From Chlamydiales bacterium (GTDB taxonomy: Bacteria; Chlamydiota; Chlamydiia; Chlamydiales; JAAZZY01), in assembly GCA_965206695.1 (NCBI GenBank), contig CBDBKM010000013.1, positions 128,001 through 192,000 on the forward strand: DNA of 64,000 nt, in the 5' to 3' direction. The position numbers were made by a program, and so were the translations under genes. Positions 10,772-22,273 of the stretch are shown here, one piece after another. The notes under the pieces are model-generated. The model was not told where the DNA came from. It saw nothing but the letters and a program-made list of their open reading frames with translations, and did not search any database. Every line of letters starts with the position of its first letter. Within the stretch, counting starts at the first letter, position 1.

Positions 10772-10992
10772 TTTTAGTTTACTATAACTGAGAGAGGCTA
10801 GCAACCGAATAGAAAAGATGTAAAATGGATCCATGTTTCCAATTAGTTCCAAAGAGGGAATCCATCATTATCTAAAATTTGTATGCTTGTCCCTTTTTTG
10901 GTGATTTCTTTAGCTAAAATCGTCTCTGCCCATGATTCACAACGCGCGCGCCCTCACTTTAATCTTACCTCCGACATTAAAATCCCTTCTAA

Positions 10993-11829
10993 ATAGTGTC
11001 GTCAAATTATAAAAATATGTTATAGTTTTTCTTTTTTTACAGGAAGGGTACAATGAACGAAATATCGCATAAACGTCACGATATATCGGATAAACTATGG
11101 CTGATTCTAGAGCCACATCCGGCGGGCGGGCGAGGGAAGGTGGGACGAAAAGCACATGACAATAGAACATTCATTAATGCAGTGCTGTGGATTTTAAGAA
11201 CAGGTGCTCCTTGGCGGGACATGCCACCGGATTATGGAGATTGGGAAAATACGCATAGGCCGCTTTACAAGATGGAGAGATAAAGGCATTTGGGAGCCTC
11301 TATTAAACATTGTTATGGATGATCCGGATTTTGAATGGTTAATGGTGGATGCTGGCCATGTGAAAGTTCACCCCCACGCTGCAGGTGCTGTAGGAGGAAA
11401 TAAAGATATGTCTCGTACAAAAAGGGGCTCGATACAAAAATACATTTGGCCGTGGATGCGTATGGTCTGCCGGTCAGAGTTATTGTTACAAAAGGCACAG
11501 AGGCTGATTGTAAACAAACTTGCAATTTAATTGAAGGATTTGAGGAAGAGTATTTATTAGCAGATCGAGGATATGATTCAAATCAAATTATTAAACAAAC
11601 AGATGAACAAGGAATAATAGTCGTTATTCCACCTAAAAAAAATAAAATAAAACAGCGTGAATATGATCAATATCTCTACAAAATCCGACATATGGTTGAA
11701 AATATATTTCTTCATCTAAAACGTTGGAGAGGGATTACAACTCGTTATGCAAAAAAAACATCGTCTTTTCTCGCCGCATTACAGATTCGATGCATGATTG
11801 TATGGAGTAAAATAATTTGACGACACTAT
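10993..11829 (+). mobile_element. IS5 family element (IS427/IS1031-like), transposase 11053-11820 with an extra frameshift
   Basis: TIR ATAGTGTCGTCAAATTAT / ATAATTTGACGACACTAT; WILRTGAPWRD, ADRGYD, YKIRHMVE, RYAK. Confidence 0.9.
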
Positions 11830-11915
11830 CTAGAACTTTTGATATACGAGGTAAGACCTAGAACTTTTGATATACGAGGTAAGACCTAGAACTTTTGATA
11901 TACGAGGTAAGACCT
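11830..11915. repeat. Three perfect tandem 28-bp repeats CTAGAACTTTTGATATACGAGGTAAGAC
   Basis: Units at 11830, 11858, 11886; no spacers. Confidence 0.95.
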
Positions 11916-12338
11916 GCTATAAGAATTAAAATTCGTCCATCATTAGCGATTTTTCATCCACAGCTAAAACATTTTGGTCTTCCGGCTGCTGTTGTTCTAG
12001 CTTTCTTCTAGCTTGGGCTTGTTCTTTTTCTAACTGTTCTAAAGCTTTTTTTCGTTCTCCTTCTGTCATATCTTCAGCCATAAGAGCATCTCTATTATCA
12101 GTTTTGTCTCTGTACCGGTCTGTAAGGGAGAAAAACAAGACGACAGAGGTAGGTAAAAAATTTGTATTTTAATTTCATTAATTTATTCTATGCTACAGCT
12201 TTCTTAAACCGTTTTTCAAAATTAATAGGTGTTTGATATCTTAAAGCTGAGTGCAAAAGAGTTGTTATATTTGTTAATCCATTGATGTAGCTCATTGCTT
12301 AATACATCCATGGCCATATTACCTTTAAGGTTATTATA

Positions 12339-12890
12339 TAGTACTTTGAATTAGCTCAAAAAATCTCTATTGGGTTTAAGTCAGGAGAATATAGAGAAAG
12401 AAACAGAAGTTTGCATCCGGCTGATTCAATTAATTCTGTTGTTTTTTTGGATTTGTGACAAGTTGCATTGTCTAGAATGACTGTTTGACTTGAAATGAGT
12501 TCCGGAACAAGAAATTGTTCTACCCAAAAATTGAACAGATCCGTATTAGCAGTCCCTTGGTAACAAAAAGGTGCAATAATTTTAGAACCCGCTTTCCCTG
12601 TTACAAAACTTTCTCGTTGATAACGTTTTCCTGAGATAAAACCCTTAACCTGATGGCCTATTGTCTTCCATATAGTTGTCGATACCACTTTTATTAACGT
12701 AGACCTGTTGCTTTTTCGGAATATCTTGCAGAGTATTCATGAAGATGATCCTTGTTTCTTCATCTCGTTCCTTATAACTGACCGTTTTTTTTTAATAATC
12801 TTCAATCTTTTATGTACATAAAAGATTGAAGACGGGTCTACTTGAAATTCTTCAGCTATTGCTCTTAGGTCAGCCTCGGGATATTTGAGC
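12339..12890 (-). mobile_element. Degenerate IS630 family element
   Basis: APFCYQGT, ILDNA, YSPDLNPIE; frameshifted HTH part. Confidence 0.8.
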
Positions 12891-13146
12891 CCCGCTAAAT
12901 TTGAAGAAAAACATGAGAATAGTCTATGCTAACAGTATCTACAAAAATGGGGGAAGATCAAAAATATCTACATAACCAATATATTTGTTTAATCTAAGAA
13001 AAAGCTGTAGCATAAAAATATTAATTTATCAAATAATTGTTTTATACAAATAAACCATAACCTTCTTAATTACAGCGCATTAAAGGTTTTATGAGTCTCC
13101 GATTCCTAGATAACTTAGTCCAAGAATATTAAGTATCTTTAAATAC

Positions 13147-13277
13147 TAGACTTGTTGCGATTTAAATTTTTAGTGATTTCTGATAAGTTTTTTCAGAACA
13201 CTATCAAGGCGAGCAGACGATTAAAGGACTTTTAAAACGAGCTAAGGTGATACAACTCGTATTGCGCAACAAGTCTA
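13147..13277. repeat. Palindromic MITE (TAGACTTGTTGCG ends), full copy
   Basis: Inverted ends TAGACTTGTTGCG / CGCAACAAGTCTA; partial copies at 31694 and 37797. Confidence 0.85.
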
Positions 13278-13506
13278 TGCATCTAGTTTCGAGTAAATGT
13301 GGCCTATATGCAATCTAAAGCTGGCATAAATAAACTAATTTCTTTAAAATACTCTTTTGATTTTTTAGAAATTTGATAGAAACAAAAAAGGAATATCGAA
13401 TCGAAAATTACTTTTGAATTCTTTTCAAAAAAATTATAAATTTTGTAGAAAGGTAATTTAAATTTTTTGTGTATTTTTTTATAAACCATAACCAATAGGT
13501 AAAATT

Positions 13507-13839
13507 ATGATTAATTCAGTATCAACAAACCCTTGCTTCACTCCACCTCTACAAAAAGACCCTTCAGCTGATCTAAATCAAGCTCAAGATGCTTTAAACA
13601 GTATGCAAGTATATTTGGCAGCAAATAACCTTAAAGCGATGCAAACAGAGGCTAATAACATCCGTTGTGCCGGTGCTGACTATGCTGCCGATACCAACCA
13701 AAGCGAGGCAGGACAAGCTTTCTGTACTGATATGAACGATTTGTCTGTTACTATTCTTAACACAATTGAATCTAAAGATCTAAAAGCTCTACCGGTTTTA
13801 TTTGATCAAGTTCAAACAAGAATCACGCAAGAAAGATAA
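13507..13839 (+). CDS. Small hypothetical protein, candidate secreted protein
   Basis: AGGT RBS, S/T/P-rich N-terminus, followed by a terminator. Confidence 0.65.
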   Translation: MINSVSTNPCFTPPLQKDPSADLNQAQDALNSMQVYLAANNLKAMQTEANNIRCAGADYAADTNQSEAGQAFCTDMNDLSVTILNTIESKDLKALPVLFDQVQTRITQER

Positions 13840-13850
13840 TCTTTTTATAT

Positions 13851-13884
13851 AACAAGAAGGCTCTTAATAAGCCTTCTTGTTTTT
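13851..13884 (+). terminator. Intrinsic terminator
   Basis: AACAAGAAGGCT-loop-AGCCTTCTTGTT hairpin followed by a T-run. Confidence 0.75.
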
Positions 13885-14143
13885 CTTCAACTTAAATAAT
13901 CATATAATCAAGGACTTACGATACTTTTTCAACATAACTGATTCTTCTTTTTTAACCCCTCTCTAAAAACATTTTATTAATCAAATGTTCCTAAATTATT
14001 AGAATAGTTTTATGTGGAATAGGTTAATTGTTTCTATAAACAACTTTTTAAGCTTTATTATTTAATAAAGTTATATTTTTAATTTTTAATTAACAATTAA
14101 TGCATATAATTATCTTAATATCAAAATATAATATAGGTATATT

Positions 14144-14731
14144 ATGAGTATTTTTAGTAGTGAAAACCCAAACGTGCTTTCACCCTACCTTCTTTCCTTT
14201 TTTTTTGATCCTGTCCCCAATGAACCTCCACCTATCCCTAATGAATTTTCAATTTCATCCTCCCCCAAAAAAAGACAGTTTAGTGACAAAAATGGAAAGG
14301 AAGTGCCTCAAAAAAAGCAACGTAGATGCCGGAATAATCCTATCTCAAGAGCGGGTCCAAAATATAGTGAACAACCTATGCCTATAATACATCAAATTAA
14401 ATACCGGAAGAGTCTCCTCAAGCAGGAGGTTGAATGTCAGAAGAATTCTTCTACAAGTCCGGATAAAGAACATAGTGAATTAGCTGAAAAACAAAAAGTT
14501 ATAACAAATCAACGTAAATACATTAGATACCTGAAGCGTCAATACAAGAAGGAGAAAGGCTCGCAGCATTCTTCCGCAAGTCCAAATAAAAAACCTACGC
14601 AAGACTCCTCCTGCAGACCAAAAGAAACTATAGAGCGAACATCTATAACACACCGACTTAAACACCTGAAGAAGAGACTCGTTGAGATTGAAGAGCAGCA
14701 GATGAAACTCAGGGAACAGGCAGGTCAATAA
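14144..14731 (+). CDS. Basic coiled-coil hypothetical protein with bipartite-NLS-like motif
   Basis: KKRQFSDKNGKEVPQKKQRR; AGGT RBS; S/P-rich N-terminus. Confidence 0.6.
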   Translation: MSIFSSENPNVLSPYLLSFFFDPVPNEPPPIPNEFSISSSPKKRQFSDKNGKEVPQKKQRRCRNNPISRAGPKYSEQPMPIIHQIKYRKSLLKQEVECQKNSSTSPDKEHSELAEKQKVITNQRKYIRYLKRQYKKEKGSQHSSASPNKKPTQDSSCRPKETIERTSITHRLKHLKKRLVEIEEQQMKLREQAGQ

Positions 14732-14789
14732 CATAGTGAAAAACAGAGAGAAGACACTATAACTCAAACTACAACTCAAATGGATATAG

Positions 14790-15130
14790 TAGACTTCTTT
14801 CGAAACTCATTGTGCCACCTCCAAATTGTAAATGCCGGCAATTAGATTAAAACGAAGAGCAAACCTTTTACGCCTATTTCCGTAACGATCAGTTATAATC
14901 TTGAATCGCTTTAAACGGGCAATGACATGTTCATTGAGAACTCGTTCTTTGGAAAGCTGTCGATTGCGTTTCTTATCATCTTTAGTCAATGGCTTCTTTT
15001 TACTTTTTTTCTTTGGCATTTGGGTCTTAGTGTGAATATCTTGTAGACCTTGATATCCGGTATCAGTCAACACATTTATTTCCGGACGGATTTGTATTTT
15101 TGACTCTTTGAATAATCTGAAATCATGTAG
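14790..15130 (-). mobile_element. IS5 family (ISL2-like) 3' fragment truncated by IS1634
   Basis: DTGYQG, KERVLNEHVI, RFNLIAGIYN; terminal TAGACTTCTTTCGAAA. Confidence 0.85.
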
Positions 15131-16898
15131 CCGACATTCCTAGACCGTAAGATATTTTTTTTGAATTAGAATTATAGATTGCCTATCCTGTTACTTTTTA
15201 TTTGATACAAGGAGAAAAGTTATGCCGGAAGTTGCAGGAGATAATATTCAAACAGTGAACATGGATCACCATGGATTAATTGCAGCACTTTGCAGCGATC
15301 TAAAAGTAGCGGAAAGGATTGATACCGGATTAAAAAATCATCCACAAAGAAAAGTAAGTGCGGGACAAGCAGTAATTGCAATGATTCTGAATGGATTAGG
15401 GTTTACTAATAGACGTCTCTACCTAACACATCAATTTTTTGCTTCTAAATCGATAGAGAATTTACTTGGCAACGATCTTCGAGCAGAAGATCTCACAGAT
15501 TATACTTTAGGTCATGCTTTGGATGATATTGCGAAATATGGGAGCAGTAAATTATTTGCTGAAGTTTCTTTTGGAATAGCCCTAGACCATGATTTACTAC
15601 AAAAAACTCATCATCTAGATACAACAAGCTTTTCCGTTCATGGGTCGTATGAAGTGAAAGATGATCCGCAAGTGATTGAGATTAAGCAGGGTTATTCTAA
15701 AGATCATAGACCTGATTTGAAACAAGTTGTACTTTCTCTCGTTACCAATGGTCCGAGTTCTATGCCTCTATGGATGGAAGCCTTAGACGGCAATAGTTCT
15801 GATAAAGCAAGTTTTCATGAGACGCTCAAAAAAATCAGTGAATTTCAATAACAGATTGATGTAAAAACAAAGTTTAAGTGGGTTGCCGATTCAGCGTTAT
15901 ACACAAAAGAAAAGCTCTTAAAAAATAATGATTATAAATGGCTCACCCGAGTTCCCGAGATAATAGGAGAAGCAAAAAGATTAGTAGAAAAACCGGAAGA
16001 AGAAATTGATTGGATTGATCAGGAGAAAGGATATAAAACATGCAGCTTCACCTCTTTTTATGGAGGGATTAAACAAAGATGGCTTTTGGTTTTTTCAGAG
16101 CAAGCCTATCAGAGAGAGATAAAATCATTAGAAAAAAAATTGACCAAGGCAGAAGAAAAGCTCAAGAAACAACTTTGGCATTTGGGTAATGAGGAATTTA
16201 AATGCGAAAGTGATGCTAAAAAAGCTTGGGGCAGATTGACTAAAAAAAATCATTTATATTCCATGAATAGTGAGATATTGCCGATTCTAAAATATGGTAA
16301 ATTAGGCAAACCTAAACAAGGAGAGGAAAAACAAGTTGTTGGATACAAGATTCATGCTAGCTTTGAAAGGGAAGAAGAAGAAATTAATAAACTGATGAAT
16401 AGAAAAGGACGGTTTATTTTAGCTGCGAATGACACCGATAGAGAAAATTATAAAGATGAGATGATGTTAGAAGAATATAAAGAACAGCAAAAGGTTGAAG
16501 GAGGGTTTCGCTTTTTAAAAGATCCTTGGTTTATGGTTGATTCTATTTTTTTAAAAACCCCTCGACGCATTGAAGCATTAATGATGGTTATGACATTGTG
16601 TTTAATGGTTTATAATATCGGACAATATCAACTTCGACAAAAATTGATAGAAACAGAAGAGACATTACCCAACCAATTAGGAAAGGAAGTCAAAAATCCA
16701 ACATTAAGATGGATTTTCCAAATTATGGAAGGTATCGGAATAATCCGTTTTTTTCAGAAGACTTCCCGGAGAATTTGTAAAGAAATGATCACAAATTTAA
16801 CCCGTCTTCGGAAAAAGATTATTGTTTTGTTTGGAAAGACTGCAATGAGGATGTATGGCTTAATTAGAAAAACTTGTTTAGAGGTCTAGGAATGTCGG
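15131..16898 (+). mobile_element. IS1634 family element; transposase 15222-16889 interrupted by an in-frame TAA at 15849-15851
   Basis: Perfect TIR CCGACATTCCTAGACC / GGTCTAGGAATGTCGG; HLDTTSFSVHG, GYSKDHRPDLKQ, VADSALY, VEGGFRFLK. Confidence 0.92.
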
Positions 16899-17400
16899 AT
16901 GAAAGATTTAAAAAATATTCCCTTTGACAAGAGAATTTATCTCGATGAAACCGGGATTCATCAATTTTTATTTCGTGAGTCCGGAAGAAGCTTACGCGGC
17001 AAAAAAGTTTTTGGAGCGGTTTCAGGAAACCGCTTTATAAGGCAAAATATTATTTCAGCCCTATCTAAAGGGCAGTTTTTATCTCCAATGTGTTTTGAAG
17101 GTACTTGTAATACCGGGTTATTCAATATTTGGCTTAAGGAAGTTTTGACTCCTCAGCTTACACCCGGTAGTGTTCTTATTCTTGACAATGCAGGTTTTCA
17201 CAAGTCAGCGGAAAGCAGGAAAATAGTAGAATCTGCCGGTTGTAAGCTTATGTTTCTTCCTCCATATTCTCCGGACTTAAATCCTATAGAAAAATATTGG
17301 GCTAATATGAAAAATAAAGTTAGAGAGATATTACGAAAAGTTACGAATTTTACATTCGCCATTGATCAAGCAATCTTATCAATGTAAAATTAAATGACTA
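16899..17400 (+). mobile_element. IS630 family A, copy 3 (right half only)
   Basis: Near-identical to the ORF2 and right TIR of the other copies; left half replaced by IS1634. Confidence 0.93.
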
Positions 17401-17402
17401 TA

Positions 17403-17622
17403 GATGTATTGAAAAAGATGTTTCACTCGTTCTTTCGTTTGCAGTTTGGATCCTTTACCGGCTGATCCTCCCTTGGTATCAGGCTGAGTTTTTCCTTCTG
17501 ATTGAAATTCCCTTATAATATGCATAAACACTCGACCGGCTTAAGCACAGAACATGAGCAATGTAATCAGAGACCCGGGGCCCTCATCTCGTGCAAAAAG
17601 TGCACAGAAACGATTATATTCA
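17403..17622 (-). mobile_element. Relic of an older IS630 family (D), N-terminal HTH region
   Basis: Similar to 27503-27720. Confidence 0.6.
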
Positions 17623-17711
17623 TTTAAACCTTTGAAGATCGTGTTAGACTAACACTTGTTAACAATGGTCGTTGAATTAAAAATTCCTTCTTTTTGGTTG
17701 GGGGCTGTCAA
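17623..17711 (+). ncRNA. IS200/IS605 right end / TnpB reRNA scaffold remnant
   Basis: Homologous to 30728-30834; ends GCTGTCAA. Confidence 0.55.
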
Positions 17712-20264
17712 TTAAGCAGAATTACGACAGGCATTTATATTTGCTGCAATAGACTTCAAGATCATTCTATAATATATTTGATAATCTTCATCAGCCTCAT
17801 CAAGATAACGAATCTTATCTAAAGCATACTGTTGAATAACGAGTAGAGGAACAATCACTTCCTCCCTTTTTTTAATTGATTGCTTTATAATAGGATCTTT
17901 TTGTAATAGCTCTTGAGTCTCAGAAATTTTCAACACCATCTCTTCTGTTAGTTTAGCCTCATCAGCTATAATATTCCAAAAATCAGAATAGACTTTATCA
18001 TCTTTCAAATATTGAGTTAGAAAAAGATTGGTTTTAGACAAGCTTTGCATGCAATTATCGATAAGTGTAGAGAAAAATGGCGATGATCGATATAATTTCT
18101 TAAGGCCTTTTTCTTTCCCCTTTTCAATAAGATTTAAAATAGCTGTTCCTACCCCAAAAAAACCGGGGACATTTTGTTTCATTACGCTCCAACTAGCAAC
18201 AAATGGAATCGCTCTTAAATCCTCGAAAACAAGAGAATTGCTATTTTTTCGTTTAATCGGTCTACTGGCTATTTTCATATCAGAGAAAAACTTTAAAGGG
18301 GTAATTTCTTCTAAATAAGATATAAATAGTGGGTGGTCTTTAAAAGACTGATAACACTCCGAACTCTTTAGCGATAATTCTTCAATTAAATTTAATGATT
18401 TTTCAGATAGTGATCTTGTTTCCTTAAAAATATATTCTTCTATTCCGGCTGTGAATATTTTTTCAACATTATAAATAGCAGCTGTATTCGTGCCGTAATT
18501 AGAAGATATCGTCTGACCTTGGATGGTTAACTGCACTTCGTCTTGGGTAATCATTTGACTCATCCCCTTATAATACCGATGAGTATTTCCTCCTCCTCGT
18601 GCCGGAGGACCTCCTCTACCATCAAAAAACACAATCTGCACTTTATATTTTTTAGATAGTTTACTTAAGGCTTGTTTACATTTTAATATGGCCCAATTAG
18701 CGGTTATATATCCCCCGTCTTTTGTCCCGTCTGAAAAACCTAACATGATGTACTGCTTCATCTTTCTTTTTTTAAGATGCTCCATATAAACAGGACTTGA
18801 ATAGAGCTCTTCCATGATCCGTTCACTCTGATCTAAATCACCAATTGTTTCAAAAAGAGGAACAACATCTAATGTCAAATGATCCAAGTCCCAACCGGAC
18901 CGGATTGCTAAAAAAATCACCTCTAAGAGATGACAACTATTTTGAGTGTTACTGATAATATAACGATGAATAGCTCTTTCGCCACTTTTAACCTGATAAT
19001 CTTTAGCAATATTCAAATATTGAAAAGCATCTTGAAGCTCCTCTGAAATAGAATTTAAGTCTATTTGAATTTTTGTATTTTCAAGAATACAGGTTTCTAA
19101 TTTTTTAAATTTTTGATTGGGGTTTAAGCTAAAATAATTGTCTATCAGCTCCTCTACCATGTGGGTATGAATACGGCTATCTTGTCTTAAATCTAATGAA
19201 GCAAAATAAAAACCAAAGATTTTTACCTTATTAATTAATTCCTCAACTTTTTCAGAAAAAAGGCCTCCATGATCCTCTTGAAGCTTATGTGATAAATTGG
19301 TTAATGCAATAATAAAGTCCTCTGCACTACTAAAGTGATCTTCTTTATAAATTAAGGTATTCTTTAATTTTTTTTTTATTTGCGTAACTTCATTTTCCAT
19401 TCCCTTAAAAGTAAGCTTCTTATTTAAATAGCTTAAATCATCTAAATAAAGATGCAGAATCTCTTTTCTTAATACTTCTAAAACTTTATCTGTGGTATCC
19501 GGCTTGACAAAAGGGTTCCCGTCTCTATCGCCGCCGGGCCAAAATCCCATTTCTAACATAGGAGCTAATTTTTCCAAGTTAAATGGTCTGATAATATTTA
19601 TTAGATTGGAGCGAATTCTAGGCAGTACATGATAGAAAATCTTTTTCAAGTATCTAATCAGCGTCAAAGCTTCATCTATCGGTGTAGGCCGCTCCTTTTT
19701 ATGAAATGTCGTTTTCCCCATTTGCCGGAGAAGTTCTAACATCTCCCTAATATCACCTTTTTTAATAGCGTTAATGAGATCTTCTCTAATATTCAATATA
19801 GGTTCGGGATAAAACTCTGTAGGATGAGCCGTTAAGACAATACGAATCGCATAATGGCTAAGGGTGTTATGATAGGAGTCAACCTTGTTAGACTCAATAA
19901 CTCGATTTAAAAAATAGTAGATACTACCGGGCCCTTTCATATCTACATAACGCTGTAAAAAAGCCTCTTCAATAGAGTCAAATAATAAAACCTGCCTTTC
20001 GATAAAAAGCAGAAAGAGAAACAGCATTTCATGCTTCTTTCTCTTATCATCAACTTTAAGTAATTTATCGATAAAATCTTTAATAAGCTCTTTAGGATGC
20101 TTACCTTGATTAAGACCCCGAAGACAAATTTCTGAGAAAACAGGTAATTGTGATCCGATATAAGTAATTTTTTCAAATGGCAGATCTAAGAACAAGCCAT
20201 TATATATCTGATACTTAAGAATCACATGCTCATAAAAATTATCTAAGCAATCGTTTTTAATCAC
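17712..20264 (-). CDS. ppc: Phosphoenolpyruvate carboxylase
   Basis: VLTAHPTE, GFWPGGDRDGNP, VVPLFET, MLGFSDGTKDGG, FFDGRGG..ARGGG, LRAIP, C-terminal RNSA. Confidence 0.95.
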   Translation of the reverse strand: MIKNDCLDNFYEHVILKYQIYNGLFLDLPFEKITYIGSQLPVFSEICLRGLNQGKHPKELIKDFIDKLLKVDDKRKKHEMLFLFLLFIERQVLLFDSIEEAFLQRYVDMKGPGSIYYFLNRVIESNKVDSYHNTLSHYAIRIVLTAHPTEFYPEPILNIREDLINAIKKGDIREMLELLRQMGKTTFHKKERPTPIDEALTLIRYLKKIFYHVLPRIRSNLINIIRPFNLEKLAPMLEMGFWPGGDRDGNPFVKPDTTDKVLEVLRKEILHLYLDDLSYLNKKLTFKGMENEVTQIKKKLKNTLIYKEDHFSSAEDFIIALTNLSHKLQEDHGGLFSEKVEELINKVKIFGFYFASLDLRQDSRIHTHMVEELIDNYFSLNPNQKFKKLETCILENTKIQIDLNSISEELQDAFQYLNIAKDYQVKSGERAIHRYIISNTQNSCHLLEVIFLAIRSGWDLDHLTLDVVPLFETIGDLDQSERIMEELYSSPVYMEHLKKRKMKQYIMLGFSDGTKDGGYITANWAILKCKQALSKLSKKYKVQIVFFDGRGGPPARGGGNTHRYYKGMSQMITQDEVQLTIQGQTISSNYGTNTAAIYNVEKIFTAGIEEYIFKETRSLSEKSLNLIEELSLKSSECYQSFKDHPLFISYLEEITPLKFFSDMKIASRPIKRKNSNSLVFEDLRAIPFVASWSVMKQNVPGFFGVGTAILNLIEKGKEKGLKKLYRSSPFFSTLIDNCMQSLSKTNLFLTQYLKDDKVYSDFWNIIADEAKLTEEMVLKISETQELLQKDPIIKQSIKKREEVIVPLLVIQQYALDKIRYLDEADEDYQIYYRMILKSIAANINACRNSA

Positions 20265-20452
20265 TTTTTACCCCTTTAAAATTATTATCCTTGTTAACTT
20301 GAGTTTAATCGACCGGGTATAAATTGTTAATCAATCTAATGAAAAGATGCAATTTTTTGATTTAAAAGCCTTAGCATCAACAACTTTATTAGTTTTTAAT
20401 CGTTTTTTAATTCTATTAATACTATAATTAAAGCTCTATAAAAGGATTTATT

Positions 20453-20818
20453 ATGTTAAAAGTTATACTAATATCATTTGGAATCATTATTACAGCTCTT
20501 GCAATAACTCCTTATCTTTTTTCATTTAACAAACCTCCTGTACCCAAAAGCGTCATGATTCAAGACAAGTCATTAGAATTATATTTCATGAATTCTTGTC
20601 CTTTTTGTCATAAAGTATTAAACTTTGTGCAGCAAAATAATTTGCCGGTTGCGATCAACTACATTGATGATGATAATGAAAAACGAGATAAACTTCTTTC
20701 TATCGGGGGTAAATCCCAAGTCCCGTGTTTAGTTATGAATAATGAAGAAGCTCTGTATGAATCTAATGACATCATTAATTGGTTAAGAGCTAACGCGGAA
20801 CCTCCACCAATAGATTAG
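20453..20818 (+). CDS. Glutaredoxin-like protein with N-terminal signal/TM segment
   Basis: CPFC, QVPCL, LYESNDII. Confidence 0.85.
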   Translation: MLKVILISFGIIITALAITPYLFSFNKPPVPKSVMIQDKSLELYFMNSCPFCHKVLNFVQQNNLPVAINYIDDDNEKRDKLLSIGGKSQVPCLVMNNEEALYESNDIINWLRANAEPPPID

Positions 20819-20828
20819 GTTTAAATTT

Positions 20829-21083
20829 ATGACCTTTACAAAAGAAATTGAGTCTACAATAAAGGCTACTTTATCCGATGCTTTAGTATATGTTTCTGAT
20901 CCAATGCAGGATAATACACATCTGGAAGCTGTCGTTATATCGGATAGATTTATCCAAATGAGTCTTGTCAAACAACACCAAACGGTTATGAATCTTTTAA
21001 AAGAACACTTCAATACGAGTTTGCATGCTTTAAAATTAAAGACGTTTACACCTGATCAATGGCAACAACAAAAAGACAATTAG
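20829..21083 (+). CDS. bolA: BolA/IbaG family protein
   Basis: HLEAVVISDRF..MSLVKQHQ, LHALKLKTFTP. Confidence 0.9.
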   Translation: MTFTKEIESTIKATLSDALVYVSDPMQDNTHLEAVVISDRFIQMSLVKQHQTVMNLLKEHFNTSLHALKLKTFTPDQWQQQKDN

Positions 21084-21091
21084 GAGACGAC

Positions 21092-21418
21092 ATGAGTAAA
21101 ATAGATTCTATAAAAGAAAATATTCAAGCTGATATCACAAAACATCCTCTCATTCTTTATATGAAAGGTACTAGATTGACACCTCAATGTGGTTTTTCTG
21201 CACAGGTTGTTAAAATTTTAAACTCACTTCAGATACCTTATGAAACAAGAGATATTTTACAAGATAACGATCTAAGACAGGCCATTAAAGAATTTTCTGA
21301 TTGGCCAACTATCCCTCAATTATACGTTAATGGAGAGTTCATTGGTGGTTGTGATATCATCACTGAGTTGCACGAAAAAGGAGAACTTCGGAAGCAACTC
21401 AATAGTATTGTCAAATAA
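21092..21418 (+). CDS. grxD: Monothiol glutaredoxin Grx4
   Basis: MKG..PQCGFS, WPTIPQLY, GGCD; GGAG RBS before ATG 21092. Confidence 0.93.
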   Translation: MSKIDSIKENIQADITKHPLILYMKGTRLTPQCGFSAQVVKILNSLQIPYETRDILQDNDLRQAIKEFSDWPTIPQLYVNGEFIGGCDIITELHEKGELRKQLNSIVK

Positions 21419-21552
21419 ATAGATTCACTCTATTTATAATAAACTACTCTTTAAATAATGCTTTAATCTATAAATAAGCCAAAAAAAATCAGCAATAAAT
21501 ATACGATTCAAAAATTATATGGCACTCTTAGAATAAGAATAAAGATTAAGTT

Positions 21553-21921
21553 ATGGGCATTTCTGCATCTGCTATTAAGTTGTTATTAGAATTAAAGAAA
21601 AATAATAACAACTTCACAGGAAAAGTCTTACAATTAGGAAGACAGAATATTTTTGTTGATAGAGCAAAAGTTTTGAAATTAGCTCAAGATATGGGTATGG
21701 AAGTAACTAATTACATATATAATGATTACGTAGACGGAAACATTAATGATATTATGTTATTCAAAATGCTTGGTTTTGGTGAAGTACATAGTATCGATTA
21801 TTCTGACTTTGAAGATGCCACTTATGTTCATGATTTCAATCGTCCTGTTCCTGAAAATCTACATAATCAATATGATCTGACATCGCAAGCCCGGAATATC
21901 TCATACCGCTTGCTTAAATGA
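21553..21921 (+). pseudogene. Probable truncated SAM-dependent methyltransferase-like gene
   Basis: VLQLGRQ, LGF..VHSIDYSDFEDA..HDFN.PVPE.L..QYDL, then abrupt divergence. Confidence 0.55.
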
Positions 21922-22066
21922 AGGTGCTATACCATTCCTTTGTGCATTTATGTAACAGCACTTCCCCTCACAAGATAAAGAAAAAAATAATACCCTGATT
22001 GAACAAATTATTTCAACAATTATTTTAATAACGCATATCTGTAACGCGAAACTCTTGTTCAAATAT

Positions 22067-22273
22067 AAATGCAATAGAAAGGCTTTGGAAAGTGATGAGG
22101 AAAACGGTTACTTATAATAAATTTTACGATATATTTACTGAGTTTAAAATGAGAGATAAGAGGGTTTTTTTAAGACAAAATCTCGATTTTAAGAGACAAG
22201 CTTAAAACACACGGATGATACATTTCAATTGATGAAACTCAATCCTGTCCGGCTTCCAATGTGAATGAGTATA
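22067..22273 (+). mobile_element. IS630 family D right-end relic
   Basis: NAIERLWKVMR; ends CTTCCAATGTGAATGAGTATA as at 30705-30724, 27211 and 36964. Confidence 0.7.

Noticed and set aside
11830..11915. Possible CRISPR array (28-bp repeats)
   Set aside because: Units are head-to-tail with no spacers, and no cas genes are present
15849..15851. Stop-codon recoding suggested by in-frame stops in transposases
   Set aside because: Housekeeping genes are uninterrupted, use TGG for Trp and end at standard stops
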